Assembly: GCA_964201515.1 (NCBI GenBank)
Contig: CAXNGL010000001.1
Location: forward strand, 1-41,455
DNA: 41,455 bases
Origin: Burkholderiales bacterium
GTDB lineage: Bacteria; Pseudomonadota; Gammaproteobacteria; Burkholderiales; SG8-39
Reading direction: 5' to 3'
Shown here: positions 23,317-31,409 of the stretch, piece after piece
Position numbering within the stretch: the first letter of the stretch is position 1
Layout: the number at the start of each line of letters is the position of its first letter
Notes under the pieces: generated by a model
What the model was told of the DNA's origin: nothing
Databases searched by the model: none
Seen by the model: only the letters and a program-made list of their open reading frames with translations
Program-made: the position numbers and the translations under genes

Positions 23317-24876
23317 ATGCCTTCCGCCGTATCTACGTTCACACCCATCGTTGAGACCACGGCCGGCAAGCTTCGCGGCAGCGTCTCCGGCGGCATCGAG
23401 GTTTTCCGCGGCATCCCCTACGGCGGCGACACGAGCGGCAGGAACCGCTTCCTGCCGCCGGCACCGCCTGCAGCCTGGGCCGGTGTGCGCGAAGCGCTTG
23501 AGTTCGGACCGTCGTGCCCGCAGATGATCCGCGCCGAAGACCCGGGCATCGCCGAGTGGGCCGCCATGGCGCCGTGGCGCCTCGGCATGGGCGCGCAGAC
23601 GGGCCTCAGCCTGCGCGAGGGGACGCTTGGCGAAGACTGCCTCGTTCTGAATGTGTGGACTCCTGGTTCAGGCCACGCGAAGAAGCGCCCTGTGGTGGTG
23701 TGGTTCCACGGCGGCGGTTGGAGCGTCGGTTCCGGTTCGCGCGTGGCCGCGGAAGGCACCGCCCTCGCGCGGCATGGCGATGTAGTCGTGGTCACCGTCA
23801 ACCATCGCCTCGGCGCGTTCGGGCACCTGTACCTCGCCGAGGCCATGGGCGAGCGCTACGCCACCTCCGGCAACAATGGCATGCTCGATCTGGTCGCCGC
23901 CACCACCTGGCTGCGCGACAACATCGCGGCGTTCGGCGGCGACCCGGGCAACATCACCATTGCCGGTGGCTCAGGCGGCGGCTCGAAGACCTGGACGTGG
24001 CTCGGCATGCCCGCGGCACAGGGCCTCGCGCACAAGGCCATCATCATGAACGGCTACCTGATGTGGCACCGTGTCACCATCGACGCCGCCACGCGGGCCG
24101 CGCACGCGCTCCTGGGTGAACTCGGCATCAAGCGCGGCGAAATCGACAAGTTGAACGCCATCCCCGCGCTACAACTCGTGCAGGCGACCAAGAGCGCGTT
24201 TACCAAACTGCCCGCCATCCGCGCCTTCCCCTCCACGTTGGCCGACGGGTTGTGGTTCGCCCCGGTCATCGACGGACACGTGCTGCACGATGGGCCCACC
24301 GAGGCCATCGCCAAGGGCAGCGCAAAGAATGTCCCGGTGATGATCGAGGCGGCGCGCTTCGAGCATTTCGACGGCACCGCTCACAAGCCCTTTCGCTGGG
24401 GCTGGGGCAATGAAGCGGAATTGCGCGACTACGTGCGCGCCAACCTCGGCGACCGGGCCGACGTCATCGTCGATGTGTATCGGAAGACCCGCCCCGGCGC
24501 ATCGCCCTCGACGCTGCTCGCCGACATCGTCACCGACGCCAACTGGCGCCTGCCCGCCATCCGCGTGGCCGAGGCCCAGTGCCAGGCCGGCAGCAAGGCC
24601 TGGCTCGCGCACTACAACCTCGACTTCGGCACCTTCCTCGCCATGCTGTTCAACAACACGCACCTCTTCGGCGGGACCCCGCTCGGCGCGGTGGCGCAGC
24701 AGGTGGTCGATGCAGGCGTTGGATTCCTCAAACGCGGCGACCCCAACCACCCCGCGCTACCGGCGTGGGCGCCGTATTCGCTCAAGGAGCGCGCGGAGAT
24801 GATCTTTGACTATAACTGCCGCGTTGAGCACGATACCTGGCGAGCCGAGCGGCTCGCTTGGGATGGGATTCGATGA
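23317..24876 (+). CDS. Type-B carboxylesterase/lipase family protein with a variant nucleophile elbow
   Basis: FRGIPYG, EDCLVLNVWTP, VVVWFHGGGW, FGGDPGNITIAGGSGGGSK. 519 aa. Confidence 0.85.
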   Translation: MPSAVSTFTPIVETTAGKLRGSVSGGIEVFRGIPYGGDTSGRNRFLPPAPPAAWAGVREALEFGPSCPQMIRAEDPGIAEWAAMAPWRLGMGAQTGLSLREGTLGEDCLVLNVWTPGSGHAKKRPVVVWFHGGGWSVGSGSRVAAEGTALARHGDVVVVTVNHRLGAFGHLYLAEAMGERYATSGNNGMLDLVAATTWLRDNIAAFGGDPGNITIAGGSGGGSKTWTWLGMPAAQGLAHKAIIMNGYLMWHRVTIDAATRAAHALLGELGIKRGEIDKLNAIPALQLVQATKSAFTKLPAIRAFPSTLADGLWFAPVIDGHVLHDGPTEAIAKGSAKNVPVMIEAARFEHFDGTAHKPFRWGWGNEAELRDYVRANLGDRADVIVDVYRKTRPGASPSTLLADIVTDANWRLPAIRVAEAQCQAGSKAWLAHYNLDFGTFLAMLFNNTHLFGGTPLGAVAQQVVDAGVGFLKRGDPNHPALPAWAPYSLKERAEMIFDYNCRVEHDTWRAERLAWDGIR

Positions 24877-24904
24877 TCGGATGTGAATTCGACGCGCGTT
24901 CTCA

Positions 24905-24918
24905 GCCGGGTTCCCGGC
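24905..24918 (+). terminator. Short GC hairpin after the esterase gene
   Basis: gccggg tt cccggc, a weak structure with no U tract. Confidence 0.25.
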
Positions 24919-24935
24919 CAGGGCTCTCCCGACCG

Positions 24936-24992
24936 GGCCACTGCAAGGCCACTGCAACGGGCCACTGCAAGGCCACTGCAAGGCCACTGAAA
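24936..24992. repeat. Five tandem copies of the 11-bp unit GGCCACTGCAA
   Basis: Copies start at 24936, 24947, 24960, 24971 and 24982, giving periods of 11, 13, 11 and 11. The last copy has one mismatch. Confidence 0.85.
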
Positions 24993-25009
24993 TTGCCAGA
25001 TCGGATGCC

Positions 25010-25031
25010 AAGTGATATCGTGATATCACTT
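25010..25031. promoter_or_regulatory. 22-bp palindrome AAGTGATATC-GT-GATATCACTT, probable operator of the RHH-VapC operon
   Basis: 10-bp perfect arms, 20 nt upstream of the antitoxin ATG. Confidence 0.5.
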
Positions 25032-25051
25032 AACCGCAGACGGAGGCTGCC

Positions 25052-25300
25052 ATGGCCCAGTTCATCGTCAGGGATCTCGAAGAAGACGTCAAAGTTCGCC
25101 TGAAGCGCCGCGCGGCGCGGCACAAGCGCAGCATGGAAGAAGAAATCCGGCAGATCCTGCGCAACGCCGTCAAGGAAAAGGGCACCCCGGCAACCGGCCT
25201 GGGGTCGCGCATGGCGGCACGCTTCGGCCAACACGGCCTTACCAGCGACTTGCCTGAATTGCGCGGCCAATCGCCCCGGCCGCCGCGCTTCGACAAATGA
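25052..25300 (+). CDS. Ribbon-helix-helix antitoxin (FitA/VapB-like)
   Basis: MAQFIVRDLEEDVKVRLKRRAARHKRSMEEEIRQILRNAV. ATGA overlap with the PIN gene. Confidence 0.85.
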   Translation: MAQFIVRDLEEDVKVRLKRRAARHKRSMEEEIRQILRNAVKEKGTPATGLGSRMAARFGQHGLTSDLPELRGQSPRPPRFDK

Positions 25301-25713
25301 TCATCCTCGATACCAACGTGTTGTCGGCGTTGATGCGCAAGGCGCCCGATGTCGCGGTGATCAAGTGGCTCGACCAGCAACCGGCTGACTCGATCTGGAT
25401 TACCAGCGTCAGCCTGTTCGAAATCCGATTGGGCCTCGCCCTGCTACCGGCAGGAAAAAGGCGCCAGTCGCTGCAGGCCGCCTTCACCCAGATCCTGTCG
25501 GAAGAACTGGAAGACCGCGTGCTGATTTTCGACACGGCCGCGGCTGAAAGGGCGGCGGACCTCGCCGCCCGCCGCCAACGGGCCGGCCGCACGGTCGATA
25601 TCCGGGACACACAGATCGCGGGCATCGCCCTTGCGAAACGCGGAACGCTGGCAACCCGAAACATCAAAGACTTCGCCGACCTCGATGTTCCCGTGGTCAA
25701 TCCATGGGGTTAG
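25297..25713 (+). CDS. vapC: PIN-domain toxin VapC (FitB-like)
   Basis: MIILDTNVLSALMRK...SLFEIRLG...DTQIAGIALAKRGTLATRNIKDF. 138 aa. Confidence 0.9.
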   Translation: MIILDTNVLSALMRKAPDVAVIKWLDQQPADSIWITSVSLFEIRLGLALLPAGKRRQSLQAAFTQILSEELEDRVLIFDTAAAERAADLAARRQRAGRTVDIRDTQIAGIALAKRGTLATRNIKDFADLDVPVVNPWG

Positions 25714-25781
25714 TGTCGGAGCACGGCTGAATCAATACCCATATTGTTGACTACTCAAGGTAAAACTTACTTACCCACACT

Positions 25782-27341
25782 CTACACTTTCCTTCTTCCC
25801 AGCCAATACTTCTCCCTAACCGCCTTCTTGTCGATCTTGCCGATGGTGTTCTTGGGCATGTCGGCCACGATCTCCACGCGCTCCGGCTGCTTGATGGACG
25901 AGAGCGTCGAGGCCTTGCAGACTTTCAGCAGTTCGTCTTCGGTGGCCTTCATGCCGGGTTTCAGCGACACCACGGCGAGCACCGCCTCGCCCCACTTGTC
26001 GTCCGGTACGCCGACCACCGCGGCGTCCAGCACCGCCGGGTGGGTGTAGAGCACCTTCTCCACTTCGCTCGGCGCGAGGTTGTAGCCGCCGCGGATGATG
26101 AGGTCCTTGATGCGGTCGACGATGTAGTAGTAGCCCTCTTCGTCCATGCGCCCAACGTCGCCCGAGCGCATCCAGCCGCCGATCAGCACCTTCTCGGTGC
26201 GGTCCGGTTCGCGGAAATATTCGGTCATCGTGTGCGGCCCACCGAAGATGATCTCGCCGGTTTCGCCGGCGGGCACGTCGCGGCCCTGCTCGTCCACCAC
26301 ACGCACGGTGGTGGCGAACGAGGGCCGCCCGCAGGAGGCCAGCAGGTCCGGCTTGTCGCCCAGGGCGCGCACGTGATCGTCCTTCCTGAGCAGTGTGCCG
26401 ATGGAGGCGATCTCCGCCATGCCGTAGAGCTGGATGAAAATGGGGCCGTACTTGGCGATGAGCTGGCGCAGGCGCTCGGCCGGAATGGGCGAAGAGCCGT
26501 AGCCGAGGATGCGCAGCGTCGAGAGGCGCTTGGGGAAGTCGCCCCGGTCCTGCTCGAGCAGCCGCGACAGCTGGGTCGGCACGAGGAAGGTGTGCGTGAC
26601 CTGGTTGCGCTCCACGGCATCGCAAAAAGCGAAACCATCGAAGCCGCGGCTATCGGCGAAGCCCACTGCGCCGCCCGCCATCAGCACCGGCACCATGGTG
26701 ATGTTGACGCTGGAGTTGTGCGGGATCTGGATCAGGTAGCGCGTGCTCTCTGTGATCTCGTATTCCAGGCACGCCGTCGTGCCATGCTGCACGGCCGCAG
26801 CATGGCTGAACAGGATGCCCTTGGGCAGACCGGTGGTGCCGCTGGTGTAGACGATGGCGAACTTGTCCTCCGGAAAGCCCTGGTGTGCCGAAGCGGGGAA
26901 AGCCGGGCTCGTGGCGGCAAGCACGCCTTCGTAACTGCCCTGCTGGCCGTCCGCGGTGTCGAGCACCAAGAGCGGGACGCCGCGCGCCTTGGCCAGCCTT
27001 GCGGCCAGCGCTTCGTATTCGGGCTCGGCAATCATGATCGACGGCTCGGCGTTGGCCAGGCACGTGCCCAGTTCCGCTTCCGACATGCGGAAGTTCAGGC
27101 CCACGTAGACGAGCCCTGCCTTGACCGCGCCCACCAGCACCTCGATCACTTCCATGCGGTTATGAATGAGCAGCGCGACGCGGTCGCCCTTGTTCAGGCC
27201 GTGCGCGCCCAACAGCGCGTTGGCGAGGCGGTTGGTGCGCTCGTCGAGCGTGCGGTAATCCATGGTGCGCGCCCCGTCGAAGAGGGCCAGGCTATTCGGG
27301 GCACGCTGGGCGATGCGGGTGACGGCAAGTCCTACGTTCAT
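25782..27341 (-). CDS. AMP-dependent acyl-CoA synthetase/ligase
   Basis: AIVYTSGTTGLPKGILFSH, YGMAEI, GDVGRMDEEGYYYIVDRIKDLIIRGGYNL, PKNTIGKIDKK. Confidence 0.9.
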   Translation of the reverse strand: MNVGLAVTRIAQRAPNSLALFDGARTMDYRTLDERTNRLANALLGAHGLNKGDRVALLIHNRMEVIEVLVGAVKAGLVYVGLNFRMSEAELGTCLANAEPSIMIAEPEYEALAARLAKARGVPLLVLDTADGQQGSYEGVLAATSPAFPASAHQGFPEDKFAIVYTSGTTGLPKGILFSHAAAVQHGTTACLEYEITESTRYLIQIPHNSSVNITMVPVLMAGGAVGFADSRGFDGFAFCDAVERNQVTHTFLVPTQLSRLLEQDRGDFPKRLSTLRILGYGSSPIPAERLRQLIAKYGPIFIQLYGMAEIASIGTLLRKDDHVRALGDKPDLLASCGRPSFATTVRVVDEQGRDVPAGETGEIIFGGPHTMTEYFREPDRTEKVLIGGWMRSGDVGRMDEEGYYYIVDRIKDLIIRGGYNLAPSEVEKVLYTHPAVLDAAVVGVPDDKWGEAVLAVVSLKPGMKATEDELLKVCKASTLSSIKQPERVEIVADMPKNTIGKIDKKAVREKYWLGRRKV

Positions 27342-27604
27342 GGCGATTCCATTCTCAGCAGAACACGATTGGAGAGCCGCTAGATTAACAAAGCCTGGAG
27401 AAATACATGCAAACCACGGTATTTGCGCCCGATTGGCCGGTCAGAATTCACACGCATGCGGCTTCAGGGCATGACGCAGGGGCATGACGTGAGATAGCAT
27501 TCACCCATTGCGATTGCGCCGCCGTTGCGCATTCCGCCCAATTCGCCGCCGGACAATGTCGAGCGCGATTGAACTAGTACTTCCATCCAAGCAAAGGAGC
27601 AACC

Positions 27605-27880
27605 ATGAAAATCCTGACCGTAATCGTACTGTTCGCCGCTGCCTCAGTTTCGCACGCGGCAGGCAACAGCGAATCATTCATGCTCGCACAGGCTGCCGAT
27701 CAAGCCAAGGCGCAGAACAAGCCTGCCAAAGCGGCCGCGCCCACCCCGCCGCCTCCGGGACCCAGCTGCGACATGGATGGACGATTCGTCCCGGACAAGG
27801 CAACATGGTGCGTAAAGATGAGCCTGCAACTGTGCAATGCAGCCACCGGAAAATGGATCAATACCGGCAAGAACTGCTGA
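27605..27880 (+). CDS. Small secreted protein: signal peptide, Ala/Pro/Lys-rich linker, 4-Cys C-terminal module
   Basis: AAGGAG RBS. MKILTVIVLFAAASVSHA|AG..., then SCDMDGRFVPDKATWCVKMSLQLCNAATGKWINTGKNC. Confidence 0.6.
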   Translation: MKILTVIVLFAAASVSHAAGNSESFMLAQAADQAKAQNKPAKAAAPTPPPPGPSCDMDGRFVPDKATWCVKMSLQLCNAATGKWINTGKNC

Positions 27881-28114
27881 GTTTCCCTTCCAGTGCGAGG
27901 GGACACGGCACCTCATACCCCACCGAAACTGCCTCCCTGGCGGGATCGCCCAACGGATGAGCATCTCTTGCGCTGTATTTACGCGCACCGCCGAATCGAT
28001 TAAAGTGCATCGATCCAGACAGTAGCCGCGAATGAGGGAGCGCGGCCGCTGCAACCAGAGGGACGGCACGCCAATCGGTTGTCACCGCCCGCGAAAAACA
28101 CACTTACCTTCGTC

Positions 28115-28128
28115 ACTTTCCGGAAAGT
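28115..28128. promoter_or_regulatory. Perfect 14-bp palindrome ACTTTCCGGAAAGT ending 6 nt before the thiolase-like start
   Basis: Read directly. It occupies the position where an RBS is expected. Confidence 0.35.
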
Positions 28129-28134
28129 ACACCG

Positions 28135-29319
28135 ATGGCAGATCCCAAGGCACTACGCGACAAAACCTGCGTCGTCGGCATAGGCGAGACTGCCTACACC
28201 CGCGGCACCACCAAGTCTCCGCTGCAGCTGTCGATGGAAGCCACCATGATGGCGATCAACGACGCAGGCATCAAACCCTCGCAGATCGACGGCGTGGTCC
28301 TGCCCAATGGGCACAACGGCGGCGCAACGGCCGGCGACTATGCCGCCAACCTCGGCATCCAGGACCTCGCCTACACCACGGCCTTTCCGGAGATGGGTGG
28401 CGCGCAGATCGTGTCGGCCCTGGAAGGCGCCGTCCTTGCGCTGGCCACCGGCGTGTGCAATTACGTGCTGGTGCCGCACTGCAGCTACTTCTACACCGGG
28501 GCCCGGGCGCGCGACCTGACCGCCAACCCCAGCAACGCGCTGCAGGCGGCCGAATACATCCGCGACTACTATCGCCCCTTCGGTGCCGGCGCGCCGCCCC
28601 AGCACTATGCCTGGATGGCGCAGCGCCACATGCACCTGTACGGCACCACCCAGGAGCAACTGGGCGCCGTGGCCGTGGCCATGAGGAAGCACGCACAACT
28701 GCACCCCAACGCCATCATGCGCGGCAAGCCGATGACGATGGCCGACTACATGGCCTCCAAGTGGATCACCTGGCCCTACAAGCTGCTCGACTGCAGCCTG
28801 GAAACCGACGGCGCCGGCGCCTTCGTCATGACGACGGCCGAGCGCGCCAAGGACCTCAAGCACAGGCCGGTCTACGTGAGCGGGGTCGCCTCCGGCCACC
28901 CGTTCCCGCCGCATGACATCCCGAACCGTCCGGACATCCTCAAGATCGGGCTCGACTTCTCGGCACCGCGCGCCTATGCCATGGCCGGGGTGAAGCCCGC
29001 CGACATCGACTTTGCCGAAATCTACGATTGCTTCACCGGGCAGGCCATCCTGCAGATCGAGTCGGCCGGATTCTGCAAGAAGGGCGAAGGCGGCCCGTTC
29101 TGCGAGAACGGCAACATCGAGCTGGGTGGCACGCTGCCGGTGAACACGCACGGCGGCCTGTTGTCACAGGCGCACAACACCTCCATGAACCATGTGATCG
29201 AAGCCGTCGCCCAGTTGCGGCTGGGCTGCGGCGAGCGCCAGGTCAAGGACGCCGAGCTTGGCGTGGTGACCGGCTGGGGCGGCCACGGCCACGGATCCAT
29301 TGCCATTCTGCGAAATTAG
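28135..29319 (+). CDS. SCP-x/lipid-transfer-type thiolase-like protein
   Basis: CVVGIGETAYTRG...LQLSMEATMMAINDAGIKPSQIDGVV...NTHGGLLSQAHNTSMNHVIEAVAQLRG. 394 aa, paired with a DUF35 gene. Confidence 0.8.
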   Translation: MADPKALRDKTCVVGIGETAYTRGTTKSPLQLSMEATMMAINDAGIKPSQIDGVVLPNGHNGGATAGDYAANLGIQDLAYTTAFPEMGGAQIVSALEGAVLALATGVCNYVLVPHCSYFYTGARARDLTANPSNALQAAEYIRDYYRPFGAGAPPQHYAWMAQRHMHLYGTTQEQLGAVAVAMRKHAQLHPNAIMRGKPMTMADYMASKWITWPYKLLDCSLETDGAGAFVMTTAERAKDLKHRPVYVSGVASGHPFPPHDIPNRPDILKIGLDFSAPRAYAMAGVKPADIDFAEIYDCFTGQAILQIESAGFCKKGEGGPFCENGNIELGGTLPVNTHGGLLSQAHNTSMNHVIEAVAQLRLGCGERQVKDAELGVVTGWGGHGHGSIAILRN

Positions 29320-29329
29320 GGAAAACACG

Positions 29330-29746
29330 ATGAATACAAACGTGCACGACGACTACCAGCTACCCGTGCTGCAGGGCACGGCCAAGGAATTCTACGACCA
29401 CTGCAAGGCGCATGACCTGCGCTTCCAGCGTTGCGCCAAGTGCAAGATCTTCCGGCACCCGCCGCGCCCGCTGTGCAACAAGTGTTACTCGATGGAGACG
29501 GAGTGGGCGCCGGTAAAAGGCACGGGCAAGGTGTACTGCTGGACCGTGCCCATGGCACCGATCGGCAAGGCCTGGGTGAGCTACATGCCCTACGCCGCGG
29601 TGGTAGTTGAACTCGACGAAGGCCCGCGCCTGGTCACCTGGGTGACCGGGATCCCGCATGATCAACTCAAGGTCGGGATGCCGGTCAAGGTCTGGTACGA
29701 CGATCTCACGCCGGAAGTGACGCTGGCCAAGTTCAAGCCGGCCTGA
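29330..29746 (+). CDS. DUF35 OB-fold/zinc-ribbon protein (thiolase partner)
   Basis: RFQRCAKCKIFRHPPRPLCNKCYS (4-Cys ribbon), then an OB-fold-like VVELDEGPRLVTWV. Start set at MNTNVHDD. Confidence 0.8.
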   Translation: MNTNVHDDYQLPVLQGTAKEFYDHCKAHDLRFQRCAKCKIFRHPPRPLCNKCYSMETEWAPVKGTGKVYCWTVPMAPIGKAWVSYMPYAAVVVELDEGPRLVTWVTGIPHDQLKVGMPVKVWYDDLTPEVTLAKFKPA

Positions 29747-29768
29747 ACGGGCTCACCCGCCGCCATCG

Positions 29769-31007
29769 TCAGGCGGCACCGTCCTTCTTCAAGGCATCGA
29801 TCTCGGCCATGCTCATTCCGAGCAGCGAGCGCAACACCTCGGTGGTGTGCTCTCCATGGCCCGGCGACGGCCCCACGCGCCCGGCCGGCTTGTCGTTGAT
29901 ATGCAGCGGGAAGGCGATGCGCTTGTTCCGTCCAATCTTGGCGTCGTCGATCTCGACCAGGTAGTTGTTGGCAAGCATCTGCGGGTCGTTCGCGATGTCG
30001 GTGGGGCGTTGCACGCGCTCGAAGATCAGGTTGGGTTGCATGGCGAACGATTTCAGCCAGTGGTCCGAGGGCTTCGATGCGAAGCGCCCGATCAGGATCT
30101 TGGCGATGTCGGCGCGGTTGTTCCAGCGGTTTTCGACGTTGGCAAAACGCGCGTCCTGGACCAATTCCGGCATCTCGAGGCCGCGGAACAGTTCCGACCA
30201 GAGTTCGCCCGTCATCGCCGCAACGAAGATCCAGCGCTGGTCCGCGCATTGGTAACAGGAGAGCAGCGGGTCCTGCGTGTGGTCGGTCGGAAAGAGTTCC
30301 GCACCCTTGAACAGCGCGTGTTGCAGGTTGAGATGGGCCAGCCACATCGCGCCGCCGATGAGGGAGCCTTCCACCTTCTGGGGTTTGCCGGTGCGATCGC
30401 GCGCGAGCAGCGATGCAACGATGCCAAAGCCCACCACCATGCCGGAAACGCGGTCCGCCACGCCCGATGCCGGCAGGAAGGGATCGCGCTTGCTGCCGCC
30501 TGAAATCACCGTCATCGCGCCAGACCGCGCGAGGCCGACCGGGTCGAGCCCAGGGCGTTTGGACTCCGCGCCCTGCGGACCGAAGCCCGACAGCGTGCCG
30601 AAGACGATGTCGGGCTTCACCTTCACCAGCGCGTCGAAATCGATGCCGAGTTTCGTCGCCGTTTCGCCGCGCATGTTGTGCAGGAAGACATCGGCTTTCT
30701 CGACCAGCCGGTACAGCGTCTTCCTGCCTTCAGGATGCTTGAGGTTCAGCGTGATGCCCTGCTTGCCGGCGTTGTAGGCCTCGAAGGCCGTGGTGCTGCC
30801 GTTAGCCAGCGAGGCATCCTGACCATACAAGCGCCTGGCGTTGCGCACCGGATCGACGCTCTTCGGGTCCTCGACCTTGATCACCTCTGCGCCCAGCGAG
30901 GCCAGCATGCCGGTCGCGGTCGGGCCGGCATGAAAGAGGCCGACCTCGATGACGCGAATGCCCTTGAGCGGCTGGGACGACGGGTCCGGTTCATAGGTTG
31001 TAGCCAT
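29769..31007 (-). CDS. Family-III CoA-transferase (CaiB/BaiF)
   Basis: IRVIEVGLFHAGPTATGMLASLGAEVIKVEDP and LSGFGPQGAESKRPGLDPVGLARSG. 412 aa. Confidence 0.88.
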   Translation of the reverse strand: MATTYEPDPSSQPLKGIRVIEVGLFHAGPTATGMLASLGAEVIKVEDPKSVDPVRNARRLYGQDASLANGSTTAFEAYNAGKQGITLNLKHPEGRKTLYRLVEKADVFLHNMRGETATKLGIDFDALVKVKPDIVFGTLSGFGPQGAESKRPGLDPVGLARSGAMTVISGGSKRDPFLPASGVADRVSGMVVGFGIVASLLARDRTGKPQKVEGSLIGGAMWLAHLNLQHALFKGAELFPTDHTQDPLLSCYQCADQRWIFVAAMTGELWSELFRGLEMPELVQDARFANVENRWNNRADIAKILIGRFASKPSDHWLKSFAMQPNLIFERVQRPTDIANDPQMLANNYLVEIDDAKIGRNKRIAFPLHINDKPAGRVGPSPGHGEHTTEVLRSLLGMSMAEIDALKKDGAA

Positions 31008-31409
31008 GGTTCTCCTTGCTGATTTGAATGGTCTGGCCGTCTCGTGCGCGGGTCACGGCGGACGAAAATCCGGGTTGCACGTCAAGGGCGCGACGCGCTT
31101 CGCGATGCAGCGCATGGTCGCAATGCATCGCATCGCGACAACCTGGCACCAACGCAGCTACGCCGCCGCGCGCAACAGCGCACGAGTTTCTGTGGTTTCC
31201 GGGCTTGCGTCAATGCAAAATTCAGCGCCCGCTCCGGAACGCCTTTCCAGTCGAAATCAGCGCCGGCGCTGGAGGAGAAGCGCAATCCGGAAATGCAATG
31301 GCCCGTGCGCCTCCACGCCTGCGGGATCGTAACGCCCGGCAGGGATCAGGGCTAGAATCGTCAGGCTGTGCAGCCCGACCATTGCCAATCATCGAGAGGA
31401 TGAACCACC

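Noticed and set aside
24936-24992. Possible CRISPR array.
   Set aside because: The units are only 11 bp long and directly abutting, with no spacers, and there are no cas genes. It is a simple tandem repeat.
25758-25776. aaggtaaaacttacttaccc downstream of the second VapC as a further copy of the gtaagtttt core.
   Set aside because: Only about 9 nt (gtaagtttt) are shared, and the gggtcag part is missing. That is too short to separate from chance.
31008-31409. A 400-bp intergenic region with several short GC palindromes (for example gcgatgca...tgcatcgc) and track ORFs 31006-31332, 31028-31609 and 31044-31355.
   Set aside because: None of the ORFs has a coding-like composition or a recognisable motif. 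The palindromes are short and ordinary for G+C-rich DNA. The region is probably just a divergent promoter region.
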